From Eledone cirrhosa (lineage: Eukaryota), in the NCBI GenBank assembly GCA_964016885.1, contig OZ024740.1, positions 254,944,001 through 255,008,000 on the forward strand: 64,000 bases of DNA, written 5' to 3'. Of the stretch, positions 1 to 19,078 are shown piece by piece. A program made the translations under genes and the position numbers. A model generated the notes under the pieces. The model did no database searches and was not told the origin of the DNA. It worked only from the letters and a program-made list of their open reading frames with translations. Within the stretch, counting starts at the first letter, position 1. Each line of letters opens with the position of its first letter.

Positions 1-334
1 TGAATTCAATCCACTGTGAGGCATTTTGTTTTAAAGTTCACTATTTATTCTATATAGCATCAGCTCATTGTGCTGTGTGGCAATAGGTCCCATGATGTTG
101 GACTTGCAATCATAATGTTGTTGCTCAAGTATACTCAGCTGGGGCTTCCACCCTGTGTTGCACTGGCGTCCTGTCGAGTGGGGAGTCTTATACTCTCAGT
201 CGCTTCACGCCACGAAACAGGGATAAGCACCAGCCTGATAAGCCTCCTGACTTAAGACAAACTTTAGACTTTTTAGAATGTTGAACAATGTTTACTTGTT
301 ATTAACTATTGACCTATTTCATCATCATGTGAAC

Positions 335-590
335 ATGCATGACTTTGTGGTTAAGGTGTTCAACTCATGATTGTAGTGTTGCTGCTATGATAAACTGCAT
401 CCAGTGTCCCTTGTAAAATGGTAGTGTTGGTGTCTAGATAAAATGCATTCAGTCCACACAGTGAAGTGGTTGGCATTAGGAGAGGCATCCTGCCCAAATG
501 AAACATCATCATCTGACCTGTCTAATCTTATAAAATAGCAACCCATCCAACCCATGCCAGTATGGAAAATGGATAGTGATGATGATGTTG
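335..590 (+). mobile_element. Degenerate SINE-like element with RTE-type (GAT)n tail (intronic)
   Basis: Ends in cccatccaacccatgccagtatggaaaatgga...gatgatgatg; the same tail type is seen at 2560-2612, 13740-13762 and 14150-14298 (-). Confidence 0.5.
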
Positions 591-803
591 GTGGTTTCTG
601 ATGTTTGGTTAAGACATCTCTGAGTGTATTTTATTATGGTACCAACACTAAAGAGGTTGTCATGTCATCAACAAGACCAAACTTCCTTCTCTACCTTATG
701 TTGTCTTCATTCAAACATCAACTACTTATATATAATCAGGAGTGTGTGTATCTGTCGATGTGTGTGTATTTCTTTCTCTGTAAATGTTTTTTGTATATTC
801 CAG

Positions 804-925
804 CGACCCAGTTAAGTCAGTCGGCTCATTACTCTCTACAACTCCCATACACTGTCTTTGGACTTGGTCAGTCACCAAACTACATTGATAATCTCAAAGT
901 TGGTATTGCGTGCTACCCTAAAGAC
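804..925 (+). CDS. ITFG1: ITFG1/LINKIN (T-cell immunomodulatory protein) internal coding exon
   Basis: Flanked by ttccag| and |gttagt; encodes (A)TQLSQSAHYSLQLPYTVFGLGQSPNYIDNLKVGIACYPKD, which matches the recalled ITFG1 motif QLSQSAHxxLQLPYxxxGLG; phases join with the next three exons. Confidence 0.93.
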
Positions 926-1221
926 GTTAGTATAATTTTTCTACTGTTACTATTGTTGTTTCTGTTAGTGTTTGATGCCTTGTGGCATTCATCCTGGCTC
1001 TCTTTTATGCTGAGGTCCAAATCCTATAATGGTCATATTTGCCTTTTGAGGTTGATTCCCCACCTCTCTCTCTCTCTCTGCCTGTCTCTCTATGTCTGCC
1101 TGTCTCTCTCCACGTTCCAGGTTCTATGATACAAAACTTTATTTTAAAATATGCTAATAGAAGTATTAAACTGTCCCCCATCAGTGATTGAAGGTCCTCT
1201 TGGCTGTTGTTTCTATTCCAG

Positions 1222-1304
1222 AAATGTGAAACCCGTGAGTGGACATCAGTGATTCCAAACTCTCGTCTCATTATCATCCCACATCCAATGGACGACCCTC
1301 AACA
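1222..1304 (+). CDS. ITFG1: ITFG1 coding exon
   Basis: ttccag|...|gtgagt; KCETREWTSVIPNSRLIIIPHPMDDPQ (cf. EWTAIIPNSQLIVIPYP); phase 0 in, phase 2 out. Confidence 0.93.
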
Positions 1305-1676
1305 GTGAGTAACAATCTTTATATAATTTCTACTGGATCCATAGTTACTGTACTGGAAACCACTACCATCATCACTATCACTACTTCCTCCACCACCATC
1401 ACCATCTCCACCACAACCATCACTACCACACTGTCTCTATAGTTACTGTACTGAACGCCATCACTACTACCACCACACTGTTTCCATAGTTACTGTACTG
1501 GACAGCGCCACCACTACTACTACTACCACTACCACCATCAGCACCACAGTGTCCAGATAGTTACTGTACTGGACACCAACACAACCATGTACTGGAAAGT
1601 CTGTAATAATGGTATAACAGAGTTATGTCCCTTACATCAAGCTTTTCACATTTAATGATCTGTGTAATTAATAAAG

Positions 1677-1810
1677 TAGGCGACGAATTGGCAGAGTCGT
1701 TAGAACGTTGTATATAATGCTTTGTGGTATTCGTTTTAACTCTCAGCTCTCTGAATTAAATCTCGTCTAGATCGATAAAACTAATACCAGTCTAATACTG
1801 GAGTCGATTC
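1677..1810 (+). mobile_element. Degenerate tRNA-derived SINE (intronic)
   Basis: A-box-like tggcagagtcgttag and tcgataaaa..taccagt..tactg motif shared with the SINE at 50717-50898. Confidence 0.5.
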
Positions 1811-2080
1811 TTCCTATATATATATCTTTCTCACTTCCATTCTTTCATTCTCTATCCTTCTCTGAATGAAATCTGCTGTATTCAGACCTGAAGAGGAGAT
1901 GGGCTCTTCTAGGCTTTAAAAATGCCCTTGAAATGCTGTATGTCAATACGGCGTCCCTATGTTTCCCTCGTGAGTTATGGGACCATGCCATGCATGCAAT
2001 AAATAAATTATTCTGTTGGAACCATTTTATATGTCAACCAGTTTATCTAAAATTTATTACATTGTTTATTTAATCTAAAG

Positions 2081-2198
2081 GTGGATCAACAGACTATTTG
2101 TGACTCCAAGTAGACTGGTCTTACTTACTGGTGCTGCCTTACTGGGTACTTGTGCTTTTATCACAGCAGTGGTGGCCATCTTACACTGGAGAGAAAGG
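2081..2198 (+). CDS. ITFG1: ITFG1 transmembrane-domain exon
   Basis: ctaaag|...|gtaagt; WINRLFVTPSRLVLLTGAALLGTCAFITAVVAILHWRER, a single hydrophobic helix ending in ILHW. Confidence 0.94.
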
Positions 2199-3523
2199 GT
2201 AAGTATATGTACTCTTCTTCTTTTTCTTCTTTCTAGATGACTTGTTATTGTTATTCTTGGTTCTTGTGTATGATGATGATGATGGCGATGATGAAGGAGC
2301 ATCATTTGGGAACCACTGGTTTGGACACCGATGACTATACGGTAACATCTCCAATAACAGCAGAGAAAATGGATTAAAGAGCCATGACTATATTGTATCA
2401 TCTCCAATAATTGCAAAGAAAATGAACTTCAGCGTTTTGAGATCAGCTCTCACCATATTCACCCAGGTCTTCCTTGGTCTTCCTTTACATTGGCTTTCCT
2501 CCACTGGGAGTTCTTGGCACTTCTTCACCGAACAATCATCATCCATGCACATCATAGTCTAACCCATGCAAGTGTGGAAAAATGGACATTAAACTATGAT
2601 GATGATGATGATCACATGTCCATACCAACACAGTCATCTTGCATGTACACTGAATTATTTCTTTCTTTTATACCTAGTTTCTCTCTCAGTTCATCCATTC
2701 TTTGTTGTTCAAACACATTAACATTGCACATCCATCAAAGCATGAACGCTACATTTCTCCCCAGCCATCACATATCCTCTGCATTCACTGCCCATGTCTC
2801 CTTACGATGCAGCCCTTTCTCCCGAGTCGTCATATGTCCCCTGCAATCACTGTCCAGATTCCACTACAATGCAGCGTTGCAAGCCATGACTCCTTACTCC
2901 ATTTTCAGGTTTTCTAAAATAAAATAACAGTTTAGGGTGGTGAGTTGGTGAATTGGTTGAATGGTTGATTAGTGGGGTTGGTGGTGTTGGACAAGATGGA
3001 GATACCTTGTTGTATTGGTTCCAGATCTTTCTGTAGTTCTAATCACACTGTAGTTTGTTTGGGTGCTAGACTTAATCCATTCTCCCAGTTTAACACCACC
3101 ATTACCTCCTGGCCCACTATTGCCAGCATTTGGAGCAATCTCTAGTCTAAGTATAACTTCCTTCTGCCTCCGCCTATGCCTCCAGTAAACAATAGAAAAA
3201 AGTAACGGGTTTTGGTGGTCATCCAGTTCATATTTGTGACACAGATTGACACCACCATCACCCACCACCACCACCACTACAACTATCACTACAACCAACA
3301 TTACTACTACTACAACCACCACAACTACCACGGTCACCATCACAACCTCCATCACCACACTACCTCAACTACCACCACCACCAACACCACAACCATAAAT
3401 ACAACACATTTAAAAAATGACAGGCAGTGGCTTTCATTAGAAATTAGGTAATTAAATAATGAAAGAGTTAAAATAAAATATGTTTACATGTTTCTGATGA
3501 TAGTCTCTTTGTTTTGTGTGTAG

Positions 3524-3583
3524 GCAGAGGACAAACGAGAGAAGCTACAAGAAGCCCATAAATTCCACTTTGATGCTATGTAA
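3524..3583 (+). CDS. ITFG1: ITFG1 terminal coding exon
   Basis: gtgtag|; AEDKREKLQEAHKFHFDAM*, the conserved ITFG1/LINKIN C-terminal FHFDAM tail. Confidence 0.95.
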   Translation, partial: AEDKREKLQEAHKFHFDAM

Positions 3584-3726
3584 AGACTGAACTCGGGGCA
3601 TCAGAACAACTGCTGTTGGAGATGGTATTGATGGCTATCATACAAACCTTGTGTGCGTTCTCATTACAGTGAAATCTCAAGTCAAATATTGAATTAGTTT
3701 GACAGTACGCTTATTTGTAAATCAGG

Positions 3727-6441
<2,715 letters not shown>

Positions 6442-6482
6442 ATGATATTAATTAATTTAAACTATCTTTATAAAACCATATT

Positions 6483-6543
6483 TATTCCATTATATATATT
6501 TCAAGAGAACCAAAACTTTGGTACGCACTCATCAGATAAAATA
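6483..6543 (-). ncRNA. Minimal type I hammerhead ribozyme in a PLE terminal fragment (6440-6608)
   Basis: Minus strand: UAUUUUAU-CUGAUGA-stem II-GAAA-U(AUAU)A-UA/AUGGAAUA; stem I pairs over 8 bp including G-U; palindromic loop 3; base of stem II imperfect. Confidence 0.6.
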
Positions 6544-6605
6544 CAAAGTTTGTTTTATAAATATTGACATATCCAGGAGATCTTAACTGTTCAACTTTTT
6601 CCTGG

Positions 6606-11803
<5,198 letters not shown>

Positions 11804-11856
11804 TATATATATACATAAATATATATACACATATATAGATATATAGGTATATATAT

Positions 11857-13762
11857 AGGAAAAAGTATGATCCAGACGGCTATTTATTATTTGAGTCCAT
11901 AAATAGCTGTCGAGATGGCTTGAGCTCTGCCATTGGGGTCATACTTATATGAATACTATATCTATATTTATATGTATATATGTACGTATATATATATGTA
12001 TATTTATATGTATATATATGTATATTTATATGTATATATATATATATATATGTATATTTATATGTATATATATATATATATGTATATATATATGTATATA
12101 TATATATATGAGGAATGAGGAGAATAAATAGGAGAAAGACAGACTCCCCCACATCGATCCAATAGAGGGACCAGCAGTGCTAGTTGAAGCTAGGGTAATA
12201 AGTAAGGCAATCAAAGATATGAAGATGGGTAAGGCGGCTGGGCCTTTGGAAATAGTTGCTGAAATGCTGAAAGCATCTGGAACGGTGGGACACCCTGGTC
12301 ACCCGGATAGTAAACCAAGTCATACAGAATGGGGTCGTTCTGAAGGACTGGCGTAGCAGCAACATCATTAACTGCTACAAGGGTAAAGGAGATACCCTAG
12401 ATAGGGGTAACTATAAAGGCATTAAATTAATCGACCAGGTCATAAAGGTCACAGAATAAGTAATAGCGCAACTAATCAGAGAGCGAATTGATCTAGATGA
12501 AATGCAGTTTGGGTTTGTGTCAGGTAAAAGTACCACAGATGCTCTTTTCATTGTACGACAACTACAGGAGAAGTACCTAGCTAAAAGTAAACCTCTATAC
12601 TTAGCTTTTGTTGACTTGGAGAGAGCCCTTGACAGAGTCCCCCGCACCATTATCTGGTGGGCTCTTAGAAAACTAGGTGTTGATGAATGGCTTGTGAGAG
12701 CTATACAAGCCATGATAAAGAAACAGTCAGCAAGGTTAGAATTAACAGCGAATATAGTGAAGAGTTTAGCGTAAAGGTTGGTGTTCATCAGGGCTCCGTC
12801 CGTAGCCCCCTCCTATTTATTATTGCCCTTCAGGCTATAACAGAGGAGTTCAAGACCGGCTGCCCATGGGAACTCCTATATGCAGATGATCTAACGCTAG
12901 AGAAGAAATTCAAAATATGGAAGCATGGCCTAGAATCAAACGGCCTTAAAATTAACCTGTCGAAGACTAAAGTTCTAGTTCGTAGGAAGGAAAATAGGCA
13001 CCAGTCCCATCTGGGAAATGGCCATGCTCAGTGTGTAGGAAAGGAGTAAGCAGAAACTCCATTTTATGTCCCAAATGCAAAGTATGGGTGCATAAAAATG
13101 TAGTGGGATCACAGGTAAGCTAACAAAGAATATAGATTTTATCTGTGGCCGGTGCTCTGGTGCAATAAATAGCAGCAAGTGTCCACAGAATACTAGCTCA
13201 TTCCATTGCACAGATGGTTCTATAGAAATAGTGAACACCTTCCGTTACCTGGGTGACAAAATCAGCAGTGGTGGAGGGTGCTTCGAAAGTACAGTAGCAA
13301 GAGTCAGAACGGAATGGAAAAAGTTCAGAGAGCTTATACCACTATTAGCCGCTATGAAAGGCAGGCTGTATGATGCCTGCATACGAACAGCAATGTTGCA
13401 TGGCAGTGAGACCTGGTCATTGTGTGCAGAGGATATACGCAGACTGGAGAGGAATGAAGCTTGCATGCTCCGCTAGATGTGTAATAGTAATATACGTGAA
13501 CGGCAAAGCATAAACGAACTAAGGGAGAATTTAGGAATAAGAGGGATCAGATGCTGTTTACTCGAGAGAAGACTACGTTGGTACGGTCACGTGATGCGCA
13601 TGAAAGACGACAGCTGTATAAAAAAGTGCAGGGCGATAAAAATAGACAGTAGCCACGGAGTAGGTAGACCCAGAAAAACCTGGGACGACTTGCTAAATTC
13701 CGACCTCACACACTTACACCTCTCCAAGACAATGTCACTGAACGTTAAACGATGATGATGAT
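11857..13762 (+). mobile_element. RTE-clade non-LTR retrotransposon, 5'-truncated, disrupted
   Basis: QFGF..GKSTTDA, FVDLE..DRVPR, GVHQGS, LLYADD, RRLRWYGHVMR, GRPRKTW; (GAT)n tail; interrupted by a TA tract at ~11960-12109. Confidence 0.9.
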
Positions 13763-14119
13763 GTATATATATATGTATATATATACTAAACGTTTGAATT
13801 TGTAAAGCCAAACAATGCAGGTATGGACATAGAATAAAAATGCAAATGCAAAAAGATATTGTTGACAATTAGTCTTTTACCTTAGATTTATTTAAATGTC
13901 CTTAATTTTCGAGATAATATCTCTTCTTCGGAGGGAAGTAAAGCTGTTAAACCAGTGTTCTAAATAGCTTGCCAAGTCATAAATTCAAACGTTTATACCT
14001 CATTACACAATGCTTCAAATGAACTATAACTTCCTCCTGTATATATATATATGTATATATATATATATGTATATATATATGTATATATATATATGTATGT
14101 GTATATATGTATGTGTATA

Positions 14120-14152
<33 letters not shown>

Positions 14153-14372
14153 CATCATCATCATCATCATTTCATTTTACGTCCTCTTTTTCCATGCTTT
14201 CAAAGGTGGGACGCTAACTGATTTTGGCTTGATTTCTACAGCTTGATGCCCTTCCTAACACCAACCTCATTTACGGTGAGTGCTGGGTGCTTTTTTCTCG
14301 TATATACATATATATATATATGTATACATATATATATATGTATACATATATGTATATATGTATGTGTATGTG

Positions 14373-14403
<31 letters not shown>

Positions 14404-14409
<6 letters not shown>

Positions 14410-15137
14410 AATTAGTATATCTAGTAACATATATATACACAGATGCATACTTATGCTAGCAAATATATAGGTTTTGTCTTAGTAACTTTGTGGTTCAATG
14501 CATGGGGATGCAGAACAATAATATGAGAGACGTAAAATAAGAAAATTATAAAATTAACTTACTAAAATTTCACACCAACTAATTAGTTATTTTAGTTATA
14601 TTTTACGTCTCTCATATTATTGTTCTGCATCCCCATGCATTGAACCACAAAGTTACTAAGACAAAACCTATATATTTGCTAGCATAAGTATGCATCTGTG
14701 TATATATATGTAACTAGATATACTAATTCTTTATAATTACCTCCAAATTATTTTGTCGAGCAAAAATTGGCCAAAACTGCTACTATAGTAACAGTTCGGC
14801 TGCTGTCTTCTTAACAAACCACTCTTCACTGATTGACCTCGATGTCACGTGATTGATTCTTTTGAATTTGCCACCGACGCAGTAGGCAGTGATTTTCTCA
14901 ATGGCTTTGAATTTAGTCCACGCTTTGCTTTTTTCCATCCACTGAATTATTTTTGTATAAGTTCCCTGTGTCCACGTATTGCCTGGAAACTTAGCTGAGA
15001 ATAGACTTCCCTGATGACGAAAGGCTTCTCCGTACGTTTCTTCGGAAAGTATGTTTATTCCCTCTTAGAAACTAATTAGTTGGAGTGAAATTTTAGTAAG
15101 TAGGTTAATTTTATAATTTTCTTATTTTACGTCTCTC

Positions 15138-15140
<3 letters not shown>
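14404..15140 (+). mobile_element. Non-coding ~525-530 bp unit element (family B) with inverted head
   Basis: 14404-14586 is inverted relative to 14598-15140; ttttacgtctctcata occurs at 14601 and 15125 (terminal redundancy); CTGATGA-stem-GAAA at 15011; related copies at 29241 and 32625. Confidence 0.8.
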
Positions 15141-15198
<58 letters not shown>

Positions 15199-15202
<4 letters not shown>

Positions 15203-15356
15203 ATTAAATAAATGGAAACTATATTTATAAAACCATATTTATTTCATTATATATATTTCGGGGATATCATATTAACAATATGCTATGCCTTCCTCAGACA
15301 AAATACAATATAAACAGTTATCTATAAAACTGTTTATATTGTATTTTGTCTGAGGA
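15199..15356 (-). mobile_element. Short foldback PLE-tail fragment carrying a minimal hammerhead (15240-15305, -)
   Basis: UAUUUUGU-CUGAGGA-stem II-GAAA-UAUAUA-UA/AUGAAAUA; 28-bp inverted repeat around 15320-15328; homologous to 6440-6545. Confidence 0.6.
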
Positions 15357-17888
15357 GGTGGATAGCCCAACAGACACCCACAACCGCGTTACCAGAGGGG
15401 GGAGGGCGAACCCTAACAATACAGGCAGAGCAAAATCAAATAAGCACCATGTACCAGACACCACCACACGGGCGGCGGGGACTAGTGCGCTTGACCACGA
15501 GATGGAGCACAATATGAGTAGCAGTCTCAGGCGTGATGCTAACTACCCCAGGACGGACAACCCCAACCGCAGGACACGTGGGGGGGGGGAGGAAACGGGC
15601 GACCACCCCACGATGGATCTCCCGGGGCAGACAACAACCACCCCACAAATCCGGACCGTGAAGATAACAGAAAGTATAGAGCCCAAAAGGGAAGCAACAG
15701 TGCGGAAACCACCAGCAAACCAACAAATCTCCAACAAATCACGAAGCCCCCAACCCACACATATAGGAGGAGACACCGACAAATCACGTGGTACAACCCA
15801 CCCTACTCAGCGGCCCTAAAGAAAAGCTTGGCCCGATTGTTCTTTGGAGCACTTGACAAATGCTTCCCGAGGGACCACGGATACCACAGGATCTTCAACA
15901 GACACACTGTGAAGCTCTCGTATTCCAACACGAGAAATTTGGCCCAACACATAGCTAGCATCAACAGAAGTAGGCTTAAAAACCACACACAACCAGAAGA
16001 TGGCAATACAAACACTCAGCAGAACCATGTGAAAGGAGGAAAGGGGGGACCCAGAGCCCACCCAAGAAACACAAACAGACCCAAGGACCCCCCACCGAGC
16101 ATGGGGGAAGACCAACATGTAACACATAATGAGAACCCTAATCTAAGCACGCAGAGGCCGCCCACCCTCTGCAACTGTAGAAACCCCGAATCATGCCCCC
16201 TTGGTAATGAATGTCTCAAGAAGAACATAGTGTACGGTTGTAGGGTTAAAACCCCCAACTCCGAACACCTCTACATAGGAGCCACATCAACGAGCTTTAA
16301 GGACCGCTGGTACAACCATCGCCATTCATTCAAGAAGGAGGCCAAAAGGAAAAGCACAGCTCTCTCCGACCTGATCTGGAAGCTTAAGCTGGACAGGACC
16401 CCATACTCTCTGGCCTGGTACATAATCAGGAAAGTACCACCCGATAAAGGGGGATCTTGCATATGCAAACTATGCCTGAACGAGACCCTCGAGATACTAA
16501 GAGGTGGAAGCGGCCTGATAAACCTCAGAACCGACTTCTTCGGGACATGCAGACACCTTAGAGCCGGGACCTTTCTCAAAATGTATGGACAGTAGCAACA
16601 CAAGAAGATGTGAACTCCCCTCAAGCTATAGGGACTTCTACAGAACATGAAAACACCTCTCGGCCAGACCTCCCTCAAGCTATATGGACAATTACAACAC
16701 CCTAGGTTGTGAACTCCTCTCAAGCCATAGGGAACAACCCAGGCGGAGCAGACACCATGATAGCCTAGAGACAGAATCGGACACAGCCATAATAATCTGG
16801 CCAACATCTATAACACAAACACTTTTAATTTACCAGATTTCTGACTTTAAAGTTCCAATCTTAAATCTTGATTTCTCTATATTAATTTGTTATTTGTTTT
16901 CTGCCCTCTTCACTGTATAACCTTATATTTATATTTATTTTAAGTTGAGATAGATTATAACACAAACACATTGAATATCTCATCTTAACATCTTGTATCA
17001 TACCAATCTATCCAACATATTCTGACCTTGAGATTGGTTATAGCACACACACACACACACACTTTATCCTACATTATTTCTCACTTCTCCATATACATTA
17101 TCATTACTTTTTCACCAATCTCTCATTTACTCTTTATTCTTTATTCTCTATTTATTTATTTATTTTCAAATTACACAAATTATATTAATTATTTTATTTT
17201 ATTATATTATTTATTTATCTTCTGTTTTCTTCATTTATTGCCTTATATTTCTTCATATACATGAAATAACCCCCCCCCCCCGCCACCACCACTACGATGG
17301 TGGCGGGTGGGATGAAGAGAAAACACAAACTGAATACTTCTAAACTGTTAGCAGCAGCAAGATATAAGCTGACCACTACAACAACAACAGTACCAAAATA
17401 ATGGTCGAGGTCAAATGTACTGAACAATAGCAGGCATAAACACTACAGGGAGCCTCACCCCAGAAAGAATTCTATAGACTTCTGACTGAGGAATGCTCTC
17501 AGAACTAAACAATGGGAAGTTTGACACATTTTTTGATATTTTGTTCCTTCAACACCTTGTCCCTTCTACCATTTTATCAATTTTTAAGCTAACTCCAACA
17601 ATGACAACACTAATAACTGAACAATGAGAGGAGAAGGGGACCTGTGACACTAAAATTCGTTTGTTTGAATTCATATGACTCCAGTTCCCCAGTGAATTAA
17701 CAACCCAACAAGGAACTGGGCATACCAGAGTACTGACAATATCATACACCTAAACAACATATGTACTTGTCTATAGATTACTAATTCAAACTGCCTGAAG
17801 AGGTCACAGCCAAAGATGGCTGTCACTGAAATATATATAGCAGTAATAAACGAAGCTAAATTTTAATCATTTGACTTTTATTTAACTT
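15357..17888 (+). mobile_element. Penelope-like element (Hydra-type), 5'-truncated
   Basis: WYNPPY, KLSYS, CNCRxxxxCPLxxxC linker, IVY.C.V....YIG GIY-YIG and CKLC..E in ORF 15828-16595; 3' UTR ends in a hammerhead, AATAAA, then (TA)n. Confidence 0.88.
17790..17844 (+). ncRNA. Minimal type I hammerhead ribozyme (PLE 3' end)
   Basis: ACUGC-CUGAAGA-GGU.ACAGCCA/UGGCUGU.ACU-GAAA-U(AUAU)A-UA/GCAGU, followed by AATAAA. Confidence 0.85.
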
Positions 17889-18018
17889 TATATATATATA
17901 TATATATTTGTATATATATATGTATATGTATATGTATATATATATGTATATATATATATATATGTATATATATGTGTATATATATATATGTATATGTATA
18001 TATATATGTATATATATT

Positions 18019-18049
<31 letters not shown>

Positions 18050-18094
18050 GTATATATGCATACATATATATATGTACATATGTATATATGTATG

Positions 18095-18171
<77 letters not shown>

Positions 18172-18198
18172 GTATATATATGCATACATATATATATG

Positions 18199-18247
<49 letters not shown>

Positions 18248-18480
18248 GTATATGTATATATATATGTATATATATATACGTATATATATATATGTATATA
18301 TATATGTATATATATATGTATATATATATGTATATATATATATGTATATATATGTATGTATATGTATGTATATATATGTATATATATATATGTGTATATA
18401 TATGTATATATATATATATATGTATATATATTTATATATATATATTTATATATATATGTATATATATATATACAAATATA

Positions 18481-18523
<43 letters not shown>

Positions 18524-18604
18524 GTATATGTATATATATATGTATATATTTATATATATATGTGTATATGTATATATATATATATGTATATGTATATATA
18601 TATA

Positions 18605-18672
<68 letters not shown>

Positions 18673-18673
18673 A

Positions 18674-18740
<67 letters not shown>

Positions 18741-18830
18741 AGTATATATATATATGGATAACACCTATGGAAGAATCTTAGCTACCATTAGACATATATA
18801 TATATATATGTATATATATATACATATATA

Positions 18831-18893
<63 letters not shown>

Positions 18894-19047
18894 GTATATA
18901 TATATGTATATATGTATATGTATATATATATATATGTATATGTATATATATATGTATATATGTATATATATGTATATATATGTATATATGTATATGTATA
19001 TATATATATATGTATAGGTATATATATATATATATATGTGTGTTTAA

Positions 19048-19077
<30 letters not shown>
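17889..19077. repeat. (TA)n compound microsatellite
   Basis: Direct reading; contains a 38-bp non-TA islet at 18755-18792. Confidence 0.97.

Positions 19078-19078
<1 letters not shown>

Noticed and set aside
605-1129. 174-aa ORF as a standalone gene
   Set aside because: Only 804-925 is the ITFG1 exon; the rest is intron read-through
1880-1960. Hammerhead-like CTGAAGA...GAAA with a 9-bp stem III and GUC in an ITFG1 intron
   Set aside because: Stem I cannot be paired and stem II is ill-defined; at most a decayed PLE-tail motif
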